Origin: an uncultured virus (IMG/VR IMGVR_UViG_3300027976_000010)
Taxonomy: Duplodnaviria; Heunggongvirae; Uroviricota; Caudoviricetes
Length of the DNA: 64,000 bases
Virus record (IMG/VR): IMGVR_UViG_3300027976_000010
Reading direction: 5' to 3' (one strand)
This document shows, piece by piece, positions 1 through 9,560 of this stretch. The position numbers were made by a program, and so were the translations under genes. Below the pieces are notes generated by a model, which was not told where the DNA came from, searched no databases, and saw nothing but the letters and a program-made list of their open reading frames with translations. Position 1 is the first letter of the stretch. The number at the start of each line of letters is the position of its first letter.

Positions 1-1
1 A

Positions 2-214
2 TGTCTATGTCGGATCGACGGAGCAGTGCCGTCAACAAAATCTGGGATGGATGAATTCGGCCGGCCCATTCTGAGGGGTATAGAAAACTGGCAACAGGGG
101 CTCGCCGTAGTGCAGTATCAGCCGCCGGGGGTGGGCGAGGAACATTTCAATTACGAGCCAATGTGGATATTTGATGGTCAAGGCTGGTTCAGGGGTAAGC
201 AGTACAAGGTATAA
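2..214 (+). CDS. C-terminal fragment of a probable phage metallophosphoesterase-like protein (partial)
   Basis: Frame is open from the window edge: CLCRIDGAVPSTK...ENWQQGLAVV, which resembles the C-terminus of actinophage calcineurin-like phosphoesterases. Confidence 0.5.
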   Translation, partial: CLCRIDGAVPSTKSGMDEFGRPILRGIENWQQGLAVVQYQPPGVGEEHFNYEPMWIFDGQGWFRGKQYKV

Positions 215-383
215 AGACGACATCTGGACAATGTATAAATGCTATACTCTATCTAGATAACCCTTATTCCATTTGGGCGGGATAGCCCCTAGTGACTAAA
301 GTGCGCATGATTCCTCTGCGTTTCATAAGCCCTGCTCTGCTAGAGTCTCCTAAACATAGAGAGAAAAGAACAGGTGAATAGAA

Positions 384-1004
384 ATGACAACAATCTTAGG
401 AATTCAGGGGGACGGATTCTGTGTTGTTGGTTGTGATTCCCGGATAGCTGATATTTATGAGGGTGGATCTGTAACTGTATCCGTGATGGGGGATTCAACT
501 AGGAAGATCTTTCCGAATCACCAGTACATTCTAGGAGCAGCTGGAGATGTGAGAGCAGTTAATATCCTCGCTCATACATTTGTTCCTCCTGTTCCGAAGA
601 TGAATGTTAAGGGTTTTTCTATTGATGCATTTATCACCACTGAGTTCATTCCGGCTCTTAGGACGTGTTTTGAGCTTACGGGCTATGCAACATCGGAAAA
701 AGAGTCTAGTAGATTGGCTCAGTTTGATTCTGAAATACTCGTAGCTCTTAATGGGCAGATATATGTAATTGGTGGAGATTACTCGTGGTCCAGTGACTCC
801 CATGGGCTTTACGCTATGGGTACTGGTGCGTCCTATGCAATGGGGGCACTATTAGCGACAGTTCCGATCGTACGAACCATGATTAGCGCTCGCAAGGCGA
901 TACTTAAAGCTTTATCTATAGCGGCTAGATGTGATCCCTTTACCGGAGCTCCGTACCACACAATGTCCCAGGACAATAAGACGCGTTCGCGCAAGGCGAA
1001 CTGA
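384..1004 (+). CDS. Ntn-hydrolase, proteasome beta/HslV-like threonine protease
   Basis: N-terminal M-T-T-I-L-G, then DSR, K33-equivalent (RKIF), GAAGD and AMGTGA, and C-terminal DPFTG. Confidence 0.85.
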   Translation: MTTILGIQGDGFCVVGCDSRIADIYEGGSVTVSVMGDSTRKIFPNHQYILGAAGDVRAVNILAHTFVPPVPKMNVKGFSIDAFITTEFIPALRTCFELTGYATSEKESSRLAQFDSEILVALNGQIYVIGGDYSWSSDSHGLYAMGTGASYAMGALLATVPIVRTMISARKAILKALSIAARCDPFTGAPYHTMSQDNKTRSRKAN

Positions 1005-1037
1005 TTAACCTTAGGAAAACTACCTGAGGAGAACTAC

Positions 1038-1409
1038 ATGAATGAAGATACCGTCCTGTCTGAGAAGGAGAAAAAGAGTAGGAGTATAAGTACACGACAA
1101 AATTATGATGATGTCGTTTCGTCTGGTGTTATACAAAGGTACAGATGGATGGACATGGCGCGATGCAAGGGGGAGACCGACAAGATGTTCCCCAAAGGCC
1201 ATAAGGATATTAGCTACATAAAAGACGCAAGAGAGATGTGTGCCAATTGCACCGTAAGACCGCACTGTCTTGAGTACGCAATACAGTTTCCGCCGGCGGA
1301 CATGCACGGAGTATGGGCCGGATTAACAAGTAGACAGCTGGCGGCTGAACAAAGAAGAAGAGGAACTGGGCCTACGCGACCAACACTGTCGCAGATGTGG
1401 GGAGACTGA
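1038..1409 (+). CDS. whiB: WhiB-family Fe-S transcription factor
   Basis: W...ARC...MFP...C-x2-C-x5-C, GVWAG. Confidence 0.9.
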   Translation: MNEDTVLSEKEKKSRSISTRQNYDDVVSSGVIQRYRWMDMARCKGETDKMFPKGHKDISYIKDAREMCANCTVRPHCLEYAIQFPPADMHGVWAGLTSRQLAAEQRRRGTGPTRPTLSQMWGD

Positions 1410-1708
1410 TGAAAATTATAATTCAGGCGCTTATGGTGTGCGTGCTGTTTATGTTGCTGGCGTACAACAGAGGACGGGATAACTGGGAGTAGAACAACTA
1501 GGGATAGAACACAACAGAGATGGATAATCATAAAAACAACAAAAGGGGGCGCCCGAGTCTCTTTTTATTAGTTTTGCCCCGATTTTGTAGTTGCTTTTGA
1601 CGTTTATTCTTTTCCTCTGGTTGTTTTCTTCTTGTAGTTTTTCTCTACGATTTTCGGCCTGTCGTTTTCTTCTTGTAGTTTTTATCCGGCCATAAAGTAC
1701 ACGACAAA

Positions 1709-2053
1709 TTATCTAGTACGAATTCCGCATGTCGTACAAAATTCTAATGAACCAGTTTTTTCAAGTATCATGTTGCATTTCTGTTTGCCGCACGGCATCA
1801 GCATTCTTTCTCCGGTGACATAGGCGCGTATTTGCTCTAAGGTCCCGGGCGGCGCTCGTGTTGCTGGGGGGGCTGCCGGCAGTCCCTTGCCGGCTCTTAC
1901 AGCAGTTTGAATAACTGTCAATGCCCAATCATTCAGCGAACAGTTTTCTCTTAGGCAGAGGTCGATTATAGAATTCTTAAGCTTGCCCGTCATTCTTACG
2001 ACGAACTGATACTCCCCATCATCGGAGCCGGCCCTAGTCGGTTTGAGCGGCAT
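1709..2053 (-). CDS. Ribbon-helix-helix DNA-binding protein with a C-terminal Cys cluster
   Basis: QFVVRM...LK...ENCSLNDW RHH pattern; CGKQKC...CTTCG. Confidence 0.6.
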   Translation of the reverse strand: MPLKPTRAGSDDGEYQFVVRMTGKLKNSIIDLCLRENCSLNDWALTVIQTAVRAGKGLPAAPPATRAPPGTLEQIRAYVTGERMLMPCGKQKCNMILEKTGSLEFCTTCGIRTR

Positions 2054-2210
2054 TATTCTCAACCAGGCTCACGAGGTATTCAGTGAGCGTCATATCGTAA
2101 CCGTCAGCAACATCTATCACGTGATTTTTAAATTTAGCCGGCACGCGTATTGTGATTAGCGCCCATTCCCCATAAGATTTCGCCGGCGGGCGCCCATTTC
2201 TTTTCTGCAT
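2034..2210 (-). CDS. Small RHH DNA-binding protein (58 aa, below the ORF-track cutoff)
   Basis: Manual translation: MQKRNGRPPAK...ITIRVPAKFKNHVIDVADGYDMTLTEYLVSLV. Confidence 0.65.
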   Translation of the reverse strand: MQKRNGRPPAKSYGEWALITIRVPAKFKNHVIDVADGYDMTLTEYLVSLVENNAAQTD

Positions 2211-2220
2211 ATTGAGAAGT

Positions 2221-2685
2221 CTACTTCACCTTGTATTCCCGGACTTCCCACTTGCTCATCTCGGAGGTGTAAGCCTGGACGAACCACTGGCGATCTCCGT
2301 TTGTATTCAGAGAGTAAGCCTGTGCACCTCCCAGGCTCGCTATGGTGGCCCGTAGGACATCGTGTACCTCTGTGTGCGTCACATGACCGCTCATAGTGCC
2401 CTCGGAAAGAGTCCTAAGCTGGTTCCAGGCCTCCCAGGCGGTCGGGGGAGCTCCAACTCGGTCTTTCATAGCCCACCGTCGTAATGTCGCGGGCCGAGGC
2501 ATCCTGTCGCCGTCCATCGCGATTAAGGCTGTCGCGGCTTCAAGGGCTTCTTCGTTCGTTAGGTCTTTGAGGACTGACTCCCATGCGTCTAGTAGCTCCC
2601 TATAGCGTCTGTCTACAGAGGGGAGACGTTCATTCCAGCAGTTGTAAACGCGGATGATTATTGCGGCCACTTCATCACGAGTCAT
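2221..2685 (-). CDS. Putative replicative helicase loader/inhibitor (G39P-like)
   Basis: MTRDEVAAII...W..VL.DL...A......D.MP.PA pattern; lies next to a replication-initiator-like gene. Confidence 0.55.
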   Translation of the reverse strand: MTRDEVAAIIIRVYNCWNERLPSVDRRYRELLDAWESVLKDLTNEEALEAATALIAMDGDRMPRPATLRRWAMKDRVGAPPTAWEAWNQLRTLSEGTMSGHVTHTEVHDVLRATIASLGGAQAYSLNTNGDRQWFVQAYTSEMSKWEVREYKVK

Positions 2686-2775
2686 AGTGTCCCCTTCTCA
2701 TCCGCCACCGTCACGCAAAATTAGAACACACGCGCGGCGTCCGGCAGTCCCGCTGGATCGTTTCATTTGCACAGC

Positions 2776-3192
2776 TTACTTTCCTCCCGGGCGATTGTCA
2801 AGCCCTGGGCGCTCATTTAAAGCTAATTGGACGAAGCGCTCGATTCGTTTTGCGTCTCGCAGAATCAGCTCGATATCGTCGTAGCGCTTCCCGTCAGGGT
2901 TTTCGCCCATATGCCAAGCCGAGAAGCTGCAGCCTTCTACGGCCAGCAGACAAGACTCTAGGCCGAAGTCGTGAATCCCAACGCCAATTAGAATCTTACG
3001 TTCGTCGCTCAGATTCGGCGGCGGGCCCAGATTTGACGTCTTGCACCACCGTCGCCAAGTTTGGAATACTAAATCAATGTCGGCGGGACTGACGCGTTCT
3101 GCCTTGGCCTTCTTTGACAGCTTTTTTGCTGAGATGCGCGCCGGCTTAACCGGGCCATCAAAACCGAAAAGGTTATTCTGTGTCATGAGCAA
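2776..3192 (-). CDS. Phage replication-initiator-like protein (C-terminal-domain type)
   Basis: AVEGCSFSAWHMGENPDGKRYDDIELILRDAKRIERF resembles phage replication protein C-termini. Confidence 0.5.
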   Translation of the reverse strand: MLMTQNNLFGFDGPVKPARISAKKLSKKAKAERVSPADIDLVFQTWRRWCKTSNLGPPPNLSDERKILIGVGIHDFGLESCLLAVEGCSFSAWHMGENPDGKRYDDIELILRDAKRIERFVQLALNERPGLDNRPGGK

Positions 3193-3743
3193 AATATTCC
3201 AGCTTTCTCGAGCCTTGGAAACCCAAAACCCTTTATCGAGAGTACGTTCTGTAGTTGTATTCGGAGCCTCTAGGAAGAGTAGATTACTAATCCCGAGGGT
3301 AGAGCACGCAGATGTCTAATAAATCAGTGCTTTCTAGGGATATCTACCCATTTACTACTGCAACTTCTTTTTAGCGGTGAACCGTAGCGCGTAATTTGTG
3401 CTCGGTCAGGGATGTCTCGGAAATATTTTGAATATTTCCACGAACCTGATATATCTGTGTGTATACTGCATTGTGTTGGAACCCCCTTTCCAGCTGCTGG
3501 GTTTGGGCTCCTGGGAATTGCCGCCGTAGGTCGGCTTTTCTGGTTGAGCCCATTCCTAGCGTAATTTCGCGTCGCATCATCCGCCACCGTTAGCGAAATT
3601 GGTAGATTGAAAAGCAGCGGATTGGTAGATTCAAATGCGTTCTCCCACATCAACTGGGCGCCCGGGAGCGCGGGTTGGTAAATGAAATGCGATGTTCGCC
3701 GGCGTTCGGTACCCAAAACAAGGGATTCGGGACTGTAGAACAC

Positions 3744-4040
3744 TTAAAACGTCTTTACGCTGTTCATTGCAACCCATTTTGATCCAGATCCTTGTGCGGG
3801 CTCGATTAAGACATCGCGGCGGCCGTAATTAAAACGTTCGTTTATAATATTCACCGTAAAAGTCAATTCATCACGTGTATATAAAGCCATGGAGCCGATG
3901 TGCGATCGTCGCTCAGTAGCCTTGCCCAGGTTGAAACAGCCTTGACACACCCTTTCGCCGTCATCAGGATCGGGGTAATAACCTTCTCCATCAGGGACAT
4001 CGGCGTTACAGCGGTCACAATATTCTTGGATAAAGTTCAT
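3744..4040 (-). CDS. Hypothetical protein with an N-terminal CxxC...CxxC
   Basis: ORF with upstream GGAG; part of a leftward gene run. Confidence 0.65.
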   Translation of the reverse strand: MNFIQEYCDRCNADVPDGEGYYPDPDDGERVCQGCFNLGKATERRSHIGSMALYTRDELTFTVNIINERFNYGRRDVLIEPAQGSGSKWVAMNSVKTF

Positions 4041-4050
4041 TTAGTTCTCC

Positions 4051-4524
4051 CTAATTAGATTTATGCCCTATTGGGTCTACCGGTGGGTCGTCGACCCATT
4101 TCCCGTTTTCTGGGTGGCGTGTTAATACGCCAGCGATGCCAGTTCCGTATAAACCGGTGCCCTGCCATGCCCATTCGCAACACGGTTTGTCCTCATCGCA
4201 ATAATGCGAGTTCAATGGGATTTTTTTGGCGAGGAGAGGAAGTGCGCCCAGGAGAATAACGACGCAGTCATGACACAAAACCCATGTTTTAGATGGCAGC
4301 GTATTGTAAAGCACCTCAATGTTGTCGCTAAAGCCGTTGTAATAACCAAAATCCTCATATGGCACTATCCAGCCACATGGAAGCAAACCCCCGTTGGAGA
4401 AGTCGCCGCGTTGCGTTCGTTCGCATCCGCTACAGGTAACCAAGTCATATTCGGCCGGGTCACCAAAGGTTGTTACTACGGGCATGACCTTACCAACTCG
4501 CCTGGTAGTAGATTTCGCAGTCAT
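4051..4524 (-). CDS. Hypothetical Cys-rich protein
   Basis: ORF in a tightly packed leftward run; CSGC, LCHDC. Confidence 0.6.
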   Translation of the reverse strand: MTAKSTTRRVGKVMPVVTTFGDPAEYDLVTCSGCERTQRGDFSNGGLLPCGWIVPYEDFGYYNGFSDNIEVLYNTLPSKTWVLCHDCVVILLGALPLLAKKIPLNSHYCDEDKPCCEWAWQGTGLYGTGIAGVLTRHPENGKWVDDPPVDPIGHKSN

Positions 4525-4963
4525 CCGGTAAATTATTTAGGATGTTGTTCAGCCCATCTACCGTTGCCTCAAGATCGTCGTAATAAAAATCGGTGTACTT
4601 TGTTATGTCCTTGTAGATAAGTGCATCCAAGGTCGGCAATAGAGTGTTGGATATATCCGTGTCGCGATTGCGCAGAATAACAGTGCAGGCATCCACGAGC
4701 TCGACTAGTTGCTCGCGGGGAATGAAGGTTTTGCGGCAATCGTCCACATTGTCCTGGCAATTCTTGACGAACCAGCTGTGGATAGCGGTTGACTTGCACC
4801 ATTGGAAGGCGAGGATTGAGATTGTTGCGCTTGGGAACATCGCGCTGCTGCGGAATGCTTGTGCATCAAGAACATCCAATAGCGCATTCCACTCTATGCC
4901 CTCTGCAACGCCGCGGATCGGCGAAATGAATTTTTCTATGTATAGGTATTGGTCTAGTCCCAT
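4490..4963 (-). CDS. Conserved phage hypothetical protein (MGLDQY...W..S.AIHSWFV...Y.ASW type)
   Basis: Recognisable phage family pattern; GAGG upstream of the ATG at 4963. Confidence 0.7.
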   Translation of the reverse strand: MGLDQYLYIEKFISPIRGVAEGIEWNALLDVLDAQAFRSSAMFPSATISILAFQWCKSTAIHSWFVKNCQDNVDDCRKTFIPREQLVELVDACTVILRNRDTDISNTLLPTLDALIYKDITKYTDFYYDDLEATVDGLNNILNNLPDDCEIYYQASW

Positions 4964-5123
4964 GTCTGCCTCTCGTTTATAGTTGAATTGTCCAGTTGAT
5001 GCCGATTGCAATGCTCCATAGATACAAAGCGATTATTCCGGCGATCCCGGTGATGAAATATTTGTTATGCACCGAGCGCCGCCCAGAGAAACACGATGAC
5101 GAAAAATAACGCGAGGTTGTCCA

Positions 5124-5360
5124 TCATGCGTGCGATCCTTTAGACACCCGTAAATCTAATAACACATTGCCGCTATGGCGTCGGCGCGAGCTGTGCCACT
5201 CGACAATGGAAAAAGTATCCTCTTCCCCTACATATACCGGTAGTGGATTGGAGATGTGTGCGGCCATGCGGCTTTCATAGACGATTAATTCCGCATCTGT
5301 TAAAAGTTTGTCGGTCGTGAATGATACGCGTATTTGGTATTCGTGTCGTTCTGTGCTCAT
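5124..5360 (-). CDS. Hypothetical protein
   Basis: ORF downstream of a predicted promoter and an AGGGG RBS. Confidence 0.6.
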   Translation of the reverse strand: MSTERHEYQIRVSFTTDKLLTDAELIVYESRMAAHISNPLPVYVGEEDTFSIVEWHSSRRRHSGNVLLDLRVSKGSHA

Positions 5361-5395
5361 ATGGGTTCCCCTTTGGAATTATTGATTAGGCCTGT

Positions 5396-5424
5396 AGATT
5401 ATCGGTAGCTACTTTAAAAAACAA
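5396..5424 (-). promoter_or_regulatory. Putative sigmaA-type promoter TTGTTT-N17-TAATCT
   Basis: Shares TTAAAAAACAACC with the 7454-7482 site; 17-bp spacer. Confidence 0.5.
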
Positions 5425-5521
5425 CCTCACATTATATAAATACCGGAAGACGAAGGTCATCCGCCACCGTCGCTTAATTTTCCAGGTATAAAACGCGGCG
5501 GCGGAGGCGGGGCTCCATTGC

Positions 5522-5770
5522 TCATGCATTGAAATTCGCCGGCGTATTAAATTTGCCGCGCTCGATTAGATCTGTGATGGCCAGGCCGATCGCTAAAAGT
5601 AAATTCTCTAGATCCGTCTCGAGCAGGCTCAGCTGTTCTTCGGTAAAGCCCCCGGCATAATAATCGCCAAGCATCGCATCAATAGCCTCACGTCCGGTCG
5701 ATCCGTTCTGATAGTAATTCTCGGCAAGTATCTTCTTTACCGCAAGCGCGACTTTGTGGTTCTTATTCAT
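5522..5770 (-). CDS. Hypothetical protein
   Basis: ORF in the leftward run. Confidence 0.6.
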   Translation of the reverse strand: MNKNHKVALAVKKILAENYYQNGSTGREAIDAMLGDYYAGGFTEEQLSLLETDLENLLLAIGLAITDLIERGKFNTPANFNA

Positions 5771-5915
5771 GTCGCCCCATCACTTTCGCATGGCCTTTAT
5801 CGGCGCATTTCTTGCACGACACATTTGCAAAGTAGCCAAATGCATCTTCGTGCCCGCATGGGGCGATGAATGTCTCCCATGGGATAGCGGGGGCCTCGTC
5901 GTGGTTCTCGCTCAT
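5763..5915 (-). CDS. Small hypothetical protein (50 aa, CGH...CKKC)
   Basis: Manual translation; ATGA overlap with the upstream gene and fills the gap exactly. Confidence 0.5.
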   Translation of the reverse strand: MSENHDEAPAIPWETFIAPCGHEDAFGYFANVSCKKCADKGHAKVMGRHE

Positions 5916-6436
5916 ATCCGTGAGGCCACTTCTAGTAAGGCCAAGGCATATTCGGCTTCACGCTTCCATCGTTCTGGCAGGTTGGCATTTTTGCAAACGT
6001 AGTGCCATGCAGTTACCGGATCGGTATTGCGTGGCCTCACCGCGGCGATCCCACAAAGAACGATTGCTTCGGCTTTTGCAACCCGTAAGTGGTTGGCTAA
6101 TTTCTCGAGCTGTATTGCTTCGCCGTAACAACCGGCGAAATAGGCGGCGTTGGAATATGCATGCATCGGCACGCCGAGATCATCAGATAGATGGACTTTG
6201 ACCAAGGGCTCCAAGCCGGGGAATGCTTCCAGTATTTCTTCATGGATAGCACCGGCCGAGACATCAGCCCAATGATAATTTTTGCGTTGCTCCTGGACTT
6301 GTCCGGTGATGCTGAAATATGGTCGTGGGTTCCCCTCGCGGTGCGTTAGCTCACCAGTGGCCGCAATACGGAACTTAACGTCGCGTTGGAAATATTCCTT
6401 ATCCCAGTGAGCAGCTGCGAGTACCATCGTCGTCAT
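5912..6436 (-). CDS. Hypothetical phage early-type protein
   Basis: ATGA-coupled ORF; YFSITG...GAIHEEI...FP.L..LV..HLSD..GVPMH. Confidence 0.7.
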   Translation of the reverse strand: MTTMVLAAAHWDKEYFQRDVKFRIAATGELTHREGNPRPYFSITGQVQEQRKNYHWADVSAGAIHEEILEAFPGLEPLVKVHLSDDLGVPMHAYSNAAYFAGCYGEAIQLEKLANHLRVAKAEAIVLCGIAAVRPRNTDPVTAWHYVCKNANLPERWKREAEYALALLEVASRI

Positions 6437-7035
6437 AATAGAACCACTGTGCTCGTGTAGATCTGGCCATCGGAATGGAATACATCGCCCAGGCTTTCCA
6501 TGTTGGATATAATCGCGTCATCGCTTACATAGTCATCGATCACGTTGTAACCGTAACGCTCGGTGGCGTTGCAGACATCGCGCAATGCGTCCCACAGTGC
6601 GACTGCCTGCACCTCGGCGGCCGGTATCTCTAAATCATCTGCGTAACAGGTGACCTCAAAGCAATTTTGATGCGTGTAATGGATACCCCATGAATTGCGA
6701 ACTAGTTTGGCTGTAGTTATTTCTCCCCATGGCAGATCTGGTGCATCCTTTGAGTTGATGGTGCCATAGATTGCTACGCCGTCACCCTGGGCATTAGATA
6801 GTGACCATTCAGCCTTAAGGCCTACAAGCTCTCCGAGCGTCTTAGCTGAAACTGCTCCGTTAGACTTAGCTAGGTTCAGCTGGGTCAGGATGAAGCCGTT
6901 AATCTCATCGCCCAGATCCTGGTTCTCGATCGCTTCGTAAAAAGTATCGCGTGCGATCTCAATTAGCCCCGGCTTAATACGGTCGTTGAGCTCGCCCCAG
7001 TTAAATAGCTGGAATGTCTGAGTGATGTTTTTCAT
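6433..7035 (-). CDS. Hypothetical phage early-type protein
   Basis: GAAGGA RBS before MKNITQ; W.LS..QGDG motif. Confidence 0.7.
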   Translation of the reverse strand: MKNITQTFQLFNWGELNDRIKPGLIEIARDTFYEAIENQDLGDEINGFILTQLNLAKSNGAVSAKTLGELVGLKAEWSLSNAQGDGVAIYGTINSKDAPDLPWGEITTAKLVRNSWGIHYTHQNCFEVTCYADDLEIPAAEVQAVALWDALRDVCNATERYGYNVIDDYVSDDAIISNMESLGDVFHSDGQIYTSTVVLL

Positions 7036-7061
7036 GGATCCTTCTTTCGGTAGGTACTCGT

Positions 7062-7090
7062 AGCCTAACGCCCTACAAGGGATAAGGCAA
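7062..7090 (-). promoter_or_regulatory. Putative promoter TTGCCT-N17-TAGGCT
   Basis: Spacing and position upstream of the 7035 start. Confidence 0.5.
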
Positions 7091-7376
7091 CACATTTAAA
7101 AGACTTTTTTGATAAATCAGCTGGATACCGGTATCGCGTGCGGCTTAGATTTATCTGAAGGCTGTCATCCGCCACCGTCGCCGGTAACGCGAAGAGTAAA
7201 AAATAAGGATTCGGCAGTCCCGCACGCCCGCACGGGGCAGAAGGCAGAGAAAAAGACCGGGGCGGGACTACAGTCTTTGCCTGGGGGATTTATTCTAAGA
7301 ACTTTACCGGCGCGTCTTCAGCTTGACGATTCAACCAGATGTAAAAGCATTTCTGAAGGCTGCCGGGGAATATAAA

Positions 7377-7414
7377 AGCGCCGCCAGACATCCTTTCGGT
7401 AGTCTGGCGGCGCT
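7377..7414. terminator. Strong hairpin, terminator-like
   Basis: AGCGCCGCCAGAC / GTCTGGCGGCGCT 13-bp stem, with an A-run on the left side (U-tail on the minus strand). Confidence 0.6.
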
Positions 7415-7453
7415 AACCATCTTCTGGTCATAGTGCCCCCTAGGGTTAATGCC

Positions 7454-7482
7454 AATATATAGAAGCCCACATTAAAAAACAA
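7454..7482 (-). promoter_or_regulatory. Putative promoter TTGTTT-N17-TATATT
   Basis: Paralogous to 5396-5424. Confidence 0.5.
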
Positions 7483-7854
7483 CCCCAAACAAAATAAAGT
7501 TTAAGAATCTCACATTTTGTTTTAGCGAAGGATTCGCACGTGTAGACGTGGGCAGCTCATCCGTCACCGTCGCTGTAAATCCGCACGGGAAGCGCTACGC
7601 GGTCCCGAGGGGCTCTTTTGGGGGAAAGACTGGGGGCGGGGCTTTAAGGCGAACCAGATGGCCGAGATGTCGGCCTTCAGAGGCGCTGGGAGTCGGGGCG
7701 GGACTCCATACTCGGAATTGTATTTACTTTTATCTAGCGGGCCACCAGCGATTGCTAAAACGCCATGTTGTATCTTGGATAACCATTGGTTGAGGGCGCG
7801 GGGCAAACCAGAACTCGACCAATGCCACAGTGACAGCGGTTACCTCTTCGTCGG

Positions 7855-8049
7855 TCATAGAAGACGACCTGAGTCGTCATATTTCTTGTGACGCATCTTA
7901 TAGGAGCGGCGCAGAGCGTTGGTTGCTAGTTTCCGTGAGCGTTCTGGCTCCCGAAGACGGCTGTATGCCTCAACCCGCTTACGGTTTTTGCGCTCTCGCT
8001 CGTAGATTTTCCGCTTTGCAGCTTTCTGCTCTTTAGTATTGACTGGCAC
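7855..8049 (-). CDS. Small basic hypothetical protein
   Basis: GGAGG RBS upstream; K/R-rich helix. Confidence 0.55.
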   Translation of the reverse strand: MPVNTKEQKAAKRKIYERERKNRKRVEAYSRLREPERSRKLATNALRRSYKMRHKKYDDSGRLL

Positions 8050-8074
8050 CGGTAAGACCTCCTAGTATGTAACA

Positions 8075-8263
8075 GTGATTTATGTATGCCATTTTTGCAA
8101 ACACCCCGTGGACATAAGCAATAAATCCACAATGCGACTTGTCCGGGCGTGGATTCCCTGTGGCTCGTCGTCGGGCGTAATACAGGCCGTGGACTTATTC
8201 ATGTACGGTCATCGGATTTGCGTTCAAGGAAAAGAAGTCGTTGAAATGGACACGTTGTTTTAA
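8075..8263 (+). CDS. Small putative Zn-binding protein
   Basis: CHFC...HRIC. Confidence 0.5.
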   Translation: MIYVCHFCKHPVDISNKSTMRLVRAWIPCGSSSGVIQAVDLFMYGHRICVQGKEVVEMDTLF

Positions 8264-8312
8264 CTTATCGCCACGAAAAATATGACTACAAAAAATAGCG
8301 CAAGATAGTCCA

Positions 8313-8579
8313 TCATAAGGCACTCCAGATTTTGGCTAGGGGTTGTCCCGTGGCTAATGCTTTGGTTATCATCTTTACGCAAAATGCCGGATGTTGCATT
8401 ACTTCTGGTCGGGATTCGTCCGCACCCAATACGAGCATGTGTTTGTCTGGGCCATACCGCAGACCATTGCTTTTGTCGTACGCGGCGGTGCCGTCACCGA
8501 AACCGACAACCAAAACTGACTCAATAGGAATTGAATTGCCGTTAATCGTGTTAACGACATAACCGATTTTAGTACTCAT
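8313..8579 (-). CDS. Hypothetical protein
   Basis: Translationally coupled to 8579-8872. Confidence 0.6.
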   Translation of the reverse strand: MSTKIGYVVNTINGNSIPIESVLVVGFGDGTAAYDKSNGLRYGPDKHMLVLGADESRPEVMQHPAFCVKMITKALATGQPLAKIWSAL

Positions 8580-8872
8580 TATTCTCCTTTGTTATAGCGC
8601 TGGATGTGACGATCAAGTTCGCCGGAAGTAACCCAATCAGGGAATTCGGTCTCGATCCATTCGCGGCATTCTGCTACCAATTTATCGGCAACTCCTTTAT
8701 CGGATAATTTGCCAATTCGCGGCACATCCAATGCGTAGTCCCATACATTGATTACCGCAAACGGGATTTTGCAACGTTTGGGGAAAATCTCACAGTATGG
8801 TCCGCCGTACCAGGCGAATTCAAGATTGTTTAAAGTAAGAGTGATTGCAGTCGGCGCAAGTTTTGTCTTCAT
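8579..8872 (-). CDS. Hypothetical protein
   Basis: ATGA overlap; W.GG.Y.EI...VINVWDY. Confidence 0.65.
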   Translation of the reverse strand: MKTKLAPTAITLTLNNLEFAWYGGPYCEIFPKRCKIPFAVINVWDYALDVPRIGKLSDKGVADKLVAECREWIETEFPDWVTSGELDRHIQRYNKGE

Positions 8873-9330
8873 GCATTATCCATTTCAAATATGGCCCTGG
8901 CCATTATGATTAGCATCGCCATCTTCAATTGCTCCGCAAGCGCACCAGAGCCACCAAGCATTACTTCTACATCTTTGGTTTCATCTGCAAACTGCATAGC
9001 GCTGGCCACTTCAAGATTGTGATCGATTCCAGTGACGAGCCGGACCCGGCGCCTCAGCGGGTGTTCGCTTGGTGACCCATCAAACGGTACATCCGGATGC
9101 ATTGGCGCTGCCCACCCGCATGTCTCAACACCCAGTAGGTCGTATTTGCCGAGAGGGGTACTGATATGGGAGACTTCATCTATCCCGTCGTACGCGTCGC
9201 CGTAAAAGCCGAGTGTTTTGATCTCGTCCCCAGTCATTGTGAATAGCCGGGCTTTGCCAAGGTGAAATGGATCCGGACTCTCTCCAGATAAATTTTCGTA
9301 GGCAAATTGTATCTGTTCTGCAAGTTTCAT
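8869..9330 (-). CDS. Hypothetical protein (GWAAP...PSEHP.RRRVRL)
   Basis: Coupled ORF with a motif seen in actinobacterial and actinophage proteins. Confidence 0.7.
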   Translation of the reverse strand: MKLAEQIQFAYENLSGESPDPFHLGKARLFTMTGDEIKTLGFYGDAYDGIDEVSHISTPLGKYDLLGVETCGWAAPMHPDVPFDGSPSEHPLRRRVRLVTGIDHNLEVASAMQFADETKDVEVMLGGSGALAEQLKMAMLIIMARAIFEMDNA

Positions 9331-9560
9331 TTCGTGTCTCCTGTTTGTTTTGTTAATAATTCGTCGTAATCCACTTTCAACAGCTTTAACTCGTCATTCA
9401 ATAAAAAGTTCACAAATGTGGCGTCATTGAGTTGTTCCCGGAGCCGTTCTACTTCAGTAATCCATCGCTGTACCGTTTGTGACATTGCAGGGGCTTCGCC
9501 CAAATCGACAAGCCATTTGGCTTCCTCGCGCATTTCAAAAATAATATCCGTGTCGCTCAT
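9327..9560 (-). CDS. Hypothetical coiled-coil protein
   Basis: Coupled ORF. Confidence 0.6.
   Translation of the reverse strand: MSDTDIIFEMREEAKWLVDLGEAPAMSQTVQRWITEVERLREQLNDATFVNFLLNDELKLLKVDYDELLTKQTGDTK

Noticed and set aside
1620..1685. Duplicated GTTTTCTTCTTGTAGTTTTT in a T-rich intergenic region
   Set aside because: Two copies in low-complexity sequence between convergent genes; no further support.
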